Shown in pieces: positions 1 through 7,369 of a DNA stretch of 40,963 nucleotides (within the stretch, counting starts at the first letter, position 1; each line of letters opens with the position of its first letter). The notes under the pieces are model-generated. The model did not search any database and was not told the origin of the DNA. It saw only the letters and a list, made by a program, of their open reading frames with translations. The position numbers were made by a program, and so were the translations under genes. Source of the DNA: a virus (Duplodnaviria > Caudoviricetes); IMG/VR virus record IMGVR_UViG_3300037424_001370, positions 1-40,963 of that record. One strand, 5' to 3'.

Positions 1-482
1 GCCGCGACGCGTTCGTGGACGAGGAACGTCTTAGCCGAGCGCTGCTTGGCCAGGCGGCGCTCCATCGCCTGCGACAGCAGGATGCGCGCCTGGCTGCCCG
101 CGATCTCAGCGACGGCGGGCGTGAAGAACGGGTGCGCCCGCGCCTTGAGCGTGCCGAGCTCGACGAACATGGCTGGGAACGCGAACCCGACCGCACCGAC
201 GATCGTCTTGGAGCGCACGCGCAGCGCCCGCGGCTTGTCGGGCCGCCGGGTGCCGGAGCTCCACTCGTGAACCTTGCGCCCGTTGACCCAGACGATTGCC
301 CCGCCGACATCCTCGAGGTGCTCCAGCGGCGGCACGTCCGGGTCGTCCTCGCTCCGGGGCGCCTGACTGGCCGCGACCACACCGATCGCTCGGGCGACGT
401 CGAACACGCCGTCGGCAAGGCCGCCCATGACCTCGTCGAGGGCGCCCCGGTTGATCTCAACGCGGCTCCGTCGGGCGGCCAT
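1..482 (-). CDS. HK97 gp10-like neck/tail-completion protein (continues across the join to 40923-40956)
   Basis: Not in the ORF track. Manual translation from ATG 482: MAARRSRVEINRGALDEVMGG...AMFVELGTLKARAHPFFTPAV, matching the gp10 E-x-GT...P-F-x-x-PA motif. 171 aa after circular joining. Confidence 0.8.
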   Translation of the reverse strand, partial: MAARRSRVEINRGALDEVMGGLADGVFDVARAIGVVAASQAPRSEDDPDVPPLEHLEDVGGAIVWVNGRKVHEWSSGTRRPDKPRALRVRSKTIVGAVGFAFPAMFVELGTLKARAHPFFTPAVAEIAGSQARILLSQAMERRLAKQRSAKTFLVHERVA

Positions 483-943
483 CAGTGCACGATCCTCTCG
501 CGCTCGGAGAACGGCACGAACCGCTCACCGGTCGCGGTGCGAGAGACGTTGGCGCCGAACCGCTCGGCGAGGTTGCGCAGCCCGCGCCGGGCCGAGTCCG
601 CGTCGCGCTCGGGCTCGAGATAGGAGGGCAGCCGGTAGATCCCGCGTGGCTTCACGCGGCCGGTGCTGATCTCCGCGGCGATCTCCGCGTCACGGACGGC
701 CACGAACAGCTCCGCGCGCCGGTCCCGGCTCTCGCGGGAGAGTCGCCGCTGCGCCGCGTCCCACAGCATCTCTAGCTGCGGCGCGTCGACGCGCGTCTCG
801 AGCGCTTCGGGGTCGAGGTGCCAGTAGGCGAGGGCGAACTCGTAGACCTCGTCGAGACTGACGCGCCGACCCGCGACTCGAACAGGTCGGGCACGAGTGC
901 CACCAGCATGGCCACCAGGCTCTGGAGGTCGTTGCCGAAAGGG
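482..943 (-). CDS. Tail assembly chaperone, -1 frameshift extension (gpT-like)
   Basis: Open -1 frame overlapping the end of 772-1275 (…SLDEVYEFALAYWHLDPEALETRVDAPQL…), entered at the slippery site. Confidence 0.7.
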   Translation of the reverse strand, partial: PFRQRPPEPGGHAGGTRARPVRVAGRRVSLDEVYEFALAYWHLDPEALETRVDAPQLEMLWDAAQRRLSRESRDRRAELFVAVRDAEIAAEISTGRVKPRGIYRLPSYLEPERDADSARRGLRNLAERFGANVSRTATGERFVPFSERERIVH

Positions 944-1275
944 ATGGCCACCCGGGCCATCGCCCGCAGTGCCTCGTACAGCTCGGTCGGGTCGGCGTGC
1001 TCCTCGAGCCATTCCCGGCCGCCGAGGGCCGAGGTCTGGTCGTACTCGCAGATCGCGTCGAGCCCCAGCTCATAGCTGAAGTCGACGAACGCCGACTGGC
1101 CCATCTCCGAGTCCAGGCCGAGGGCGTCGATCAGCAGCGGCAGCCGCGACGCGGCCGAGCGGAGCCACTCGGCCGACGCGCGCAGCTTGAGCGTCGGACA
1201 GGTGCGCTCCTCGCCGCCGAAGGTGAACCGAAGGATGCCGGCGCGACGATCCTCCGGTGTCTGGACGGGGTCCAT
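772..1275 (-). CDS. Tail assembly chaperone (gpG-like)
   Basis: Directly follows the major tail gene and has a low-complexity C-terminus overlapping a second frame. Confidence 0.75.
   Translation of the reverse strand: MDPVQTPEDRRAGILRFTFGGEERTCPTLKLRASAEWLRSAASRLPLLIDALGLDSEMGQSAFVDFSYELGLDAICEYDQTSALGGREWLEEHADPTELYEALRAMARVAIPFGNDLQSLVAMLVALVPDLFESRVGASVSTRSTSSPSPTGTSTPKRSRRASTRRS
937..943 (-). promoter_or_regulatory. -1 ribosomal frameshift slippery heptamer C CCU UUC
   Basis: ATC CCT TTC lies in frame as X XXY YYZ, and the -1 frame is open to 482. Confidence 0.7.
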
Positions 1276-1280
1276 CAGGC

Positions 1281-2066
1281 TCAGGCCGGCACGCGCAGGC
1301 GCCAGGTCGGATCGGACGTCAGGTTCGCCCCGTTGGCGCGGGTCGCGAGCGTCGCCTTGACCGCGGCCATCGTCTCGTTGCCGAAGCTGAGCTCCATCGC
1401 CTCGGTCTTGCTGATGGCGCGATACAGGTAGAGCTCGTAGTAGTCGGACGGCGACTGGGCGACCAGGGCGACGTCGTTGTACGCGGTGTCCGGCAGCCGC
1501 CGGATCGTGGACGGCGTGATCTCCGTCTTGCCGTCGCTGTCGGCCTCGACAACGGTCGCGGTGGCCGAGGCGTAGGCATTGAGCAGAGGGTCGCGGAACG
1601 AGTAGACCAGGGCGGCGACCTCGTCGATCACCCGATACTCCTCGGTCGTGCCATCGGCGATATGCATCAGGTCGCCCGCCGTAGCACCGCCGGCCACGAC
1701 CGTGATCTCGGTCGCGCCAGCCGCCACGTCAGCGTCGAGGGTGTCGGTCCAGCCGGCGGCCGTGTCGGCCGCGGTGCCGGCCGCGACGGTCACCGACGGC
1801 ATGGCGAGCTTGAGCTTCTCGCCGGCGAACTCGGGCAGCGTGAACTCGCACTCGGCCGCGAGCTTGGACACGTAGTCCATGCCCTGCACGAGCTCGAGGA
1901 CCCCGTTGAACTTGTCGGACGGGTTGATCATCGTCTGGTTGACCCGGAAGATGATGTCGTCGATCGTCGCGCCGACACTGGTCCACGCGCCCGTGCCGCC
2001 GATCGCGCGGTAGTAGACGTCGGCCGCGCCGATGATGTACTGGGTGGGATCGATCACGAGGCCCAT
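1281..2066 (-). CDS. Major tail (tube) protein with inserted beta domain
   Basis: N-terminus IIGAADVYY…SVGAT…, position after the tail terminator, and an Ala/Thr-rich insertion at ~1545-1750. Confidence 0.85.
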   Translation of the reverse strand: MGLVIDPTQYIIGAADVYYRAIGGTGAWTSVGATIDDIIFRVNQTMINPSDKFNGVLELVQGMDYVSKLAAECEFTLPEFAGEKLKLAMPSVTVAAGTAADTAAGWTDTLDADVAAGATEITVVAGGATAGDLMHIADGTTEEYRVIDEVAALVYSFRDPLLNAYASATATVVEADSDGKTEITPSTIRRLPDTAYNDVALVAQSPSDYYELYLYRAISKTEAMELSFGNETMAAVKATLATRANGANLTSDPTWRLRVPA

Positions 2067-2081
2067 GGCGTAGCGCTCCTT

Positions 2082-2495
2082 CTAGGCCACGGCTGACGTG
2101 GCGAGGTGGTACCGGATGAGACCGGCGATCATTGGCTGCTTGGTGTCCGGGTCCTGGTCGTCGCCGCTGTCGGACGGCGCGAAGCTGCGGTGCACGAGGA
2201 CCCCGTCGCGGATCCGCGGCCCACGATTGTTGAGGCCCTCGCTGATGGCCGCCCACAGGTCGGCCGCCTGCTGGCGCGTGGTGCCGTAGCAGCGCGCGGT
2301 GATCGGCACCTCCATCACCGGAGCGCGGAGATCCCGGCTGGCGTCCAGGCGTACGAGCACGACGTAGGCCAGGTACTTGCCCGACTGCTGGATATCGCCC
2401 GGCGCGGGGTCGCCGCGGCGCACACGATCGGTGATCGCGGCGACGGCCGGCAGGGCGGCGACCTCGGCGCGTGCGGTGCGGAGGGGATCGATCAT
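2082..2495 (-). CDS. Tail terminator / tail completion protein
   Basis: 137 aa with ITARCYG…QQAADL…DPDTKQP pattern, immediately upstream of the major tail gene. Confidence 0.7.
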   Translation of the reverse strand: MIDPLRTARAEVAALPAVAAITDRVRRGDPAPGDIQQSGKYLAYVVLVRLDASRDLRAPVMEVPITARCYGTTRQQAADLWAAISEGLNNRGPRIRDGVLVHRSFAPSDSGDDQDPDTKQPMIAGLIRYHLATSAVA

Positions 2496-2743
2496 TCCAC
2501 CACCTCCTGCTCAACGGACGTGATCGCCTCCATGGCCGCCTCCGGGTCGGCGAGCTCCGGGTCGAACGGCGTGAGGGTGATCGAGAGCGCGTAGCCCGCC
2601 GGCAGGTCGATCGTCACCCGCCGCGGGGTCGCGGGCGAGGGCACGCGGGCGGGATCCACGAACCCGCGACACGGACAGCCGCCGAACCGACACGAGTCGG
2701 CGATATGGCCCGCTCGCGGGTGGCCGCAGCTCGCGCAGGTCAT
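2492..2743 (-). CDS. Small Cys/His (Zn-binding) protein
   Basis: MTCASCGHPRAGH…CRFGGCPCRGF; overlaps both neighbours via ATGA. Confidence 0.6.
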   Translation of the reverse strand: MTCASCGHPRAGHIADSCRFGGCPCRGFVDPARVPSPATPRRVTIDLPAGYALSITLTPFDPELADPEAAMEAITSVEQEVVE

Positions 2744-3105
2744 GGCGCCACCGCATCGAGTGCAGGCGAGCTGACCAGCAGCGCATCGACCTCGAGATGC
2801 GGCGTGCGCCCGAAGTCGTAGGTACGGACGCCGGTGATGTCGAACCGCCGGCCGGTGTCCGGGTTGTCGCGGATCCAGGCGCCCGCATCGATCGCGCGCG
2901 ACTCGAGGTAGATAACGTGGGTCGCGATCGTCGGGCCGGCCTGGCTCGGCAGGCCGCGCTCGCGGGCGGTCCGCGGCTGGATGAGCCCGGAGACCGTCTC
3001 GACGACGGGAGCGCCGGCGACCGGCATACCGTCGGCGTCGACGGTGCCCGAGTCGGTCGGGGTGACGATGGCGAGCGAGTGGATGAGGCGCGCCCTGAAG
3101 CTCAT
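2740..3105 (-). CDS. Head closure (head-tail joining/stopper) protein
   Basis: …DADGMP…GLIQP…THVIYL…RRFDITGV…HLEV pattern and syntenic position. Confidence 0.8.
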   Translation of the reverse strand: MSFRARLIHSLAIVTPTDSGTVDADGMPVAGAPVVETVSGLIQPRTARERGLPSQAGPTIATHVIYLESRAIDAGAWIRDNPDTGRRFDITGVRTYDFGRTPHLEVDALLVSSPALDAVAP

Positions 3106-3644
3106 CGGATCCACCCCCCGCTGCCGGGATGGAGGCTGGCCAGGATCGCCTCCCGGGTGGCGCCGTACGTCTCGACGCCCGATGCACTCGTCTCGGACCA
3201 GTCGCCGATGCGCTCGGCCGCGACGCCGATCTCGTCGGGCTCGAGATCGAGCGCCACGAGTTCGATCGCGACGCGGTCGCGCTCGCTGGCGTCGTCGACC
3301 ACCGTGAGCACGATGTCGACCGGCCCATAGAAGTAGGACGCCGGGTTGATGCCGGTCGCGAGCCGCTCGAGCATGAGGCCCGACGGACGCAGCCGGTAGT
3401 CGGTCGCGTCGAGCACGAGTGGCGACGAGCCCGTGGCCTGCTCGGTCACCGACACGATCGCGCTGGCGCGGCGGTTGAGCATCAGGAGCCGGCCGCTCGG
3501 CGAGCGGTGGGTCTCCGTGACGCTGCCGGCCGCGCCGGCCCGTTCGTCGATCGCGTCGTACGCAGCGTCGAGCAACCGCGTCAGGGCGTCATCGCCCAGA
3601 TCGGTCGTGATGTGCTCGCGCAGCTCGGCGACCGTGAGGGTCAT
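3102..3644 (-). CDS. Head-tail connector (gp6/gp15-like adaptor)
   Basis: LTVAELREHI…DDALTRLLDAA N-terminus and ERIGDWS motif. Confidence 0.85.
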   Translation of the reverse strand: MTLTVAELREHITTDLGDDALTRLLDAAYDAIDERAGAAGSVTETHRSPSGRLLMLNRRASAIVSVTEQATGSSPLVLDATDYRLRPSGLMLERLATGINPASYFYGPVDIVLTVVDDASERDRVAIELVALDLEPDEIGVAAERIGDWSETSASGVETYGATREAILASLHPGSGGWIR

Positions 3645-3926
3645 CTATGCCTCGGCCTTTGCCTCGGGCGCGTCCTCGGCCGCTTCCACCTTGGCTGCCG
3701 CTGCCGCGGCCTTCGCGGCCTCCTTGCGGGCGGCGAGCGCGTCCGCGTCGCGACGCTTGTCGCGTTCGTGGTCGTGCGTCGGCTCGAACGGCACGAACAG
3801 CTGCTCTCGCCCCTTCAGCATCGGATGCCCGGCCACGACCGTGTCGCCGACGCGCACGAAGCCCGAGCCGAGCGAGAACGTCTTGCGGGCCATGAAGATC
3901 TGGGGCCTGGATTCGCTCTGTGCCAT
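3645..3926 (-). CDS. Small capsid-adjacent protein
   Basis: RBS AAGGAGG; FMARKTF…GDTVVAGHPMLKGREQLF domain plus Ala-rich tail, typical of the gene after the capsid gene. Confidence 0.7.
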   Translation of the reverse strand: MAQSESRPQIFMARKTFSLGSGFVRVGDTVVAGHPMLKGREQLFVPFEPTHDHERDKRRDADALAARKEAAKAAAAAAKVEAAEDAPEAKAEA

Positions 3927-3951
3927 GCTGTCGTCCTCCTTCAACGTTCAG

Positions 3952-3995
3952 GCGGACGCGGACCCGAGGTTGACTCTCGAGCCCGCGCTGCCCGC
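3952..3995 (-). terminator. GC-rich stem-loop after capsid gene (terminator/mRNA stabiliser)
   Basis: GCGGGCTCGAG-agtcaac-CTCGGGTCCGC with G-U pairs; no U-tract. Confidence 0.45.
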
Positions 3996-4002
3996 TCTGG
4001 GG

Positions 4003-5463
4003 CTACTTGACCTGGAGGAGACGGAAGGCGGCCGCGGTCAACATGCCCGAGCCGTTGCGCCAGCGGGCGTACACGCCGCGCTGTCCCAGCGGCTCGCCGT
4101 TGCCGTTGAAGACCTGGGGGATGTACTCGACCGACAGCCCGACCCGATCGACGATGACGAACTGCTTGAAGTCCCCGAACAGCAGGATGTTCTTGCCCGT
4201 CGTCGAGGCCCCGGTGTCCATGGACGTGGACTCGTTGCCCGGGAACCCGCGCAGGTTCTTGTTGGTGGTGCTGTAGATGGAGTCGGCCGGCTGGCCGGCG
4301 GTCCCGAAGCCCGCGGCGGTCATGTAGGTCGCGAGCTGTGCGAGGAAGCGAGCACGGGCCCGGAACCGCGGCGGCAGGGCGGCGATCAGACCGTCGATGT
4401 CGTCGAGGTCTGTCGTGGCGAGGACCGCGGTCAGCACGATGCTGGTGGCGGCCGTGACGACGGCATGGATGATGCCGTCGGGCTCGGTGACGCCGACGCC
4501 GAGCTCGAACTTGTCGGCCTCGAGCACGTCCTTCGCGTCGCGGACGAGCGTGCCGACCTCGGACAGGACGGCCGCGGGGCCGAAGTCCTCGGCGTACTCG
4601 GCCGTGAACGGCACGAACACGTGGGCGCGCACGGGCGTGATGCCCGGATCGTCGAGGTCGGAGGGCGCGCCGTCGGAGGCGGCCGCGGTCTCTGCGGCGT
4701 AGGCCGCGGTCACGCCGGCGGACGTGATCGCCTGCCAGCTCTTGGTCGTGATGGTCTCGATCCGCGCGATGCCGCGCAGCTCGTTGAGCGCGCCGTCCGA
4801 CGTCAGGACGATCGTCGGGTCGATCGTGAACGGCAGCTGGAAGCCGCCGTCGGCATCGGTGTACGTCTGGAGGGCCGCCTGCAGGCGCTGGGGCACGGCA
4901 TGGAGGCCGCCGGCCAGGTAGGCCGAGATCGCCTCCTGGTACTCGGGCGACCCGGTGCCGATGATCCGGCGCGCCACGGCGCCCGCGTTGCGGTAGCGCG
5001 TGGGTGCCAGGAGCTTCTCGACGCTGGCCTTCGCCTTGGCCTCGTCGGCCGTGGCCGGGAAGGACGCCTGCTCGAGGACGCGCATCGCGCCGTCGCGGTA
5101 GGCCTGCGGCAGGTCGTCGACGGAGCCCACGAGCTTGCGATAGCCCGCCAGGTCGAAGATGTTGTCGGGGACCTTCTTGACGCTGAACGGGCTGAAGACC
5201 GTCGAGGCGGCCGATTCGGCGGCACCCTTGGCGATCGCCTGCCGGATCCTCGAGTCGCGGATCTTGAGCTCTTCGATCGTGGCGCGGACCTGCGCGAGCA
5301 TGCCGTCGTCGCCGGCGATCGCCTCGAACTCCTCGCGCTGCGCCTCGGTCATGGCGGCGCCATCCGCATCCGCGTCCAGCTCCTGCATGCGAGCAACGAG
5401 CTGCTCTTCGGCCGCCACGTGGGCGTCCAGGCCCCGAAGGCCCTTGATATCGATCTCGATCAC
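4003..5463 (-). CDS. Major capsid protein, HK97 fold, with N-terminal scaffolding (delta) domain
   Basis: Coiled-coil N-terminus; DGGFQLP…, LFGDFKQFVIVDRVG, GQRGVYARWR…AAFRLL motifs. Confidence 0.95.
   Translation of the reverse strand: MIEIDIKGLRGLDAHVAAEEQLVARMQELDADADGAAMTEAQREEFEAIAGDDGMLAQVRATIEELKIRDSRIRQAIAKGAAESAASTVFSPFSVKKVPDNIFDLAGYRKLVGSVDDLPQAYRDGAMRVLEQASFPATADEAKAKASVEKLLAPTRYRNAGAVARRIIGTGSPEYQEAISAYLAGGLHAVPQRLQAALQTYTDADGGFQLPFTIDPTIVLTSDGALNELRGIARIETITTKSWQAITSAGVTAAYAAETAAASDGAPSDLDDPGITPVRAHVFVPFTAEYAEDFGPAAVLSEVGTLVRDAKDVLEADKFELGVGVTEPDGIIHAVVTAATSIVLTAVLATTDLDDIDGLIAALPPRFRARARFLAQLATYMTAAGFGTAGQPADSIYSTTNKNLRGFPGNESTSMDTGASTTGKNILLFGDFKQFVIVDRVGLSVEYIPQVFNGNGEPLGQRGVYARWRNGSGMLTAAAFRLLQVK
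4792..4823. repeat. 32-bp perfect inverted repeat, copy 1 (within capsid gene)
   Basis: gccgtccgacgtcaggacgatcgtcgggtcga is the exact reverse complement of 7233-7264. Confidence 0.95.
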
Positions 5464-6629
5464 CGGAGTTTCCCTTTCATGCGCTTGTTCCAGGCCGCGT
5501 CGGGTCGACCAGTGGACGCGGCCGTGGCCGCGATCGGGAGGGAGGTGGGCTCGGCGCGCGCGACCGCCGGCTGGCGTGTCTGCGCACCCCTGGGCTGGAG
5601 GCGGCGCACGGTCCCCTCGAGCGTGTCGATCCGGTCGATCAGACCGACGGCGAGCGCCTTCTTGGCGAGGAGCGTGCGGCCTTGGCCGTAGTCCGAGGCG
5701 ACGACCGACGTCGTGACGCCCCGGCCCTTCGCGACGTCCGTCACGAACATGCCGTAGAACTCATCGACCTGGTCCTGGATTGCCGAGCGTGCCTCATCGG
5801 TCAGCGGCTCGAAGCTGTTGCCCTCGGTCTTGAAGGCCCCCGCGCTGATGAGCGTCGTCTTGACGCCCACCATCTCCTGCGCCTTGGACACGTCTTCGTG
5901 GGCCGCGTACACGCCGACCGATCCGACCTCGCCCGAGGGTGTCACCACGAGCTCGTTGCCCTGGGCGGCGAGCCACAGGGCGGCGGATGCGATGAGCGTG
6001 TTGCCCTGGAACACGATGGGCTTGGCACCACTCCGCACGGCACGCAGCTCGGCCGCGAACTCCGTGATCCCGTCGACGGAGCCGCCCGGCGAATCGACGT
6101 CGAACACGATCGCCGAGACCTCCGGATCCGCGAGCGCGTCGCGCAGCGCCATGCGCAGGCCGTCGATGCTCGTTCCGCCCGACATATCGCTCATCAGGCT
6201 CATCCGCTGGCTGATGAGCCCGTACATCGGGATGATCGCGACCGAGCCCGCGACGTCGTACGGCTTGTTGCCGGCACGGTCGCCGTTCTGTGCGCGCGCC
6301 GCCTCGAGGCGCTCGGCCATCTCGTCACCGGAGAGAACCCCGCCCGTGGAGCGGAAGCGGAGCAGGTCCACCATGAACGTGAGCATCTGCGCCTGGACCG
6401 CCCACGGCCGCTCGAGCAGCGCCTTCGTCACGTGGCGATAGGAGCGCGGTCCGATCAGCGCCCCGAGCTCGGGCCCCTCGTCCTGGGCTCCGCTGCCCGA
6501 ACCGTCGTCGAGACTGACCGCGTCGTGGTCGGCCATGAGGACGTCTGGCGTCGACGGGCGAGCCTCGTTGCCCGGGCCATCCGAGACCGCATCGACCGTT
6601 GTCGTGTCGTGGACAGGATTCGCTGGCAT
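5460..6629 (-). CDS. Prohead maturation protease, S49 (SppA/ClpP-like)
   Basis: VDSPGGSVDG, IASAALWLA and GEVGSVGV motifs; RBS GGAGG. Confidence 0.92.
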   Translation of the reverse strand: MPANPVHDTTTVDAVSDGPGNEARPSTPDVLMADHDAVSLDDGSGSGAQDEGPELGALIGPRSYRHVTKALLERPWAVQAQMLTFMVDLLRFRSTGGVLSGDEMAERLEAARAQNGDRAGNKPYDVAGSVAIIPMYGLISQRMSLMSDMSGGTSIDGLRMALRDALADPEVSAIVFDVDSPGGSVDGITEFAAELRAVRSGAKPIVFQGNTLIASAALWLAAQGNELVVTPSGEVGSVGVYAAHEDVSKAQEMVGVKTTLISAGAFKTEGNSFEPLTDEARSAIQDQVDEFYGMFVTDVAKGRGVTTSVVASDYGQGRTLLAKKALAVGLIDRIDTLEGTVRRLQPRGAQTRQPAVARAEPTSLPIAATAASTGRPDAAWNKRMKGKLR

Positions 6630-6676
6630 CGCTCAAGATCCTCCGCTGCGATCGGGGGTGACCGGTAGATGACATT

Positions 6677-6735
6677 GCCCCTGACGGACCCCTGACATTT
6701 GCAGCCGATGCACGTCAGGGGGTGCGTCAGAGGCG
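6677..6735. promoter_or_regulatory. Divergent pair of GTCAG-N6/7-GTCAG motifs (imperfect inverted repeat)
   Basis: gcccctgacggacccctgac (6677-6696) faces gtcagggggtgcgtcagaggc (6714-6734). A third copy is at 7355-7378. Confidence 0.55.
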
Positions 6736-6760
6736 AGAGTCCGAGTGGTACCATCTGGGG

Positions 6761-6890
6761 AGCGCCGCCAAGAAAGATGGCGGAAGCCAAATCCGATCCG
6801 GGCCGGCTCCCTAGTCGCAATCGAAGGACCGGGCACCCGCGGGCGGCGGCGCAAGAAGCCGAGACTTGAGGGTCTCGGCTTCGTCCTTTC
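6761..6890 (+). ncRNA. Candidate structured small RNA / attenuator
   Basis: Extended -10-like TGGTACCAT at 6746-6754, closing stem GCGCCGCC/GGCGGCGC, followed by a terminator hairpin. Confidence 0.45.
6855..6890 (+). terminator. Intrinsic terminator-like hairpin
   Basis: Perfect 11-bp stem gaagccgagac/gtctcggcttc followed by gtcctttc. Confidence 0.7.
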
Positions 6891-6898
6891 GGAATGCA

Positions 6899-6917
6899 TC
6901 AGAGGCGCTGAATGGCG
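6899..6917 (+). repeat. 19-bp direct repeat, copy 1
   Basis: tcagaggcgctgaatggcg is identical at 7370-7388; the pair brackets the capsid-fragment gene. Confidence 0.9.
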
Positions 6918-7024
6918 TGTTGCCATCCGGCATACACTGTCGAGGACGGCGGTTGCAGCGCCGGATTTTCATGCCCCGCCGAGTCCTGCAACGACGAGGC
7001 GGGGCTACCCGTCTGGAGGATGGG

Positions 7025-7351
7025 ATGGACGAAATCAAACGGCACCTGATGGAGATCTCGAAGAGCGACCCCGCGGCGGCGCTTAGGCAGGGCGAGACGC
7101 TCTCGCCAATCTACGAGAGAGCCTTTTTTCGCACCCTGTATGGCGCCAAGAGGCGCGATCTCAGTCGCCAGCAGAGAGCGATCCTCGACCGCCAGAGGAC
7201 TGTCGATGGTGGCTACCCCATGCCGCTTCGGCTCGACCCGACGATCGTCCTGACGTCGGACGGCCAGGGTGAACCCGCTTCTCAGATCCTGCGCGCACTC
7301 GGCATTGAGGAGACCCAGACTGCCACCACACGCAAGGAGGGACTGCTCTAG
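7025..7351 (+). CDS. Truncated major-capsid paralog (108 aa), antisense to the late operon
   Basis: RBS GGAGGA at 7015-7020. SPIYERAF…DGGYPMPLRLDPTIVLTSDG aligns with capsid SPEYQEAI…DGGFQLPFTIDPTIVLTSDG. Confidence 0.8.
   Translation: MDEIKRHLMEISKSDPAAALRQGETLSPIYERAFFRTLYGAKRRDLSRQQRAILDRQRTVDGGYPMPLRLDPTIVLTSDGQGEPASQILRALGIEETQTATTRKEGLL
7233..7264. repeat. 32-bp perfect inverted repeat, copy 2
   Basis: tcgacccgacgatcgtcctgacgtcggacggc encodes DPTIVLTSDG in the same codon phase as the capsid copy. Confidence 0.95.
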
Positions 7352-7369
7352 ACTCACGTCAGAGGTGCG

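Noticed and set aside
3433-5691. Long plus-strand ORFs (e.g. 752 aa here, 607 aa at 21198-23021)
   Set aside because: Antisense shadows of well-supported genes, as expected at very high GC; no recognisable motifs.
6761-6855. c-di-GMP-I riboswitch
   Set aside because: A GAAA-containing hairpin is present, but the conserved GGCAAA/GACGCAAA elements and tetraloop receptor are not convincingly matched; needs an Infernal scan.
6944-7014. HDV-like or hammerhead ribozyme
   Set aside because: No P3/L3/P1.1 arrangement and no CUGANGA/GAAA core.
6866-7024. 5' extension of the capsid-fragment ORF shown in the ORF track
   Set aside because: It starts at a TTG inside the terminator loop; ATG 7025 has the RBS.
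7233-7264. 32-nt capsid match as a self-targeting CRISPR spacer
   Set aside because: No flanking CRISPR repeats or cas operon, and protein similarity extends beyond the match.
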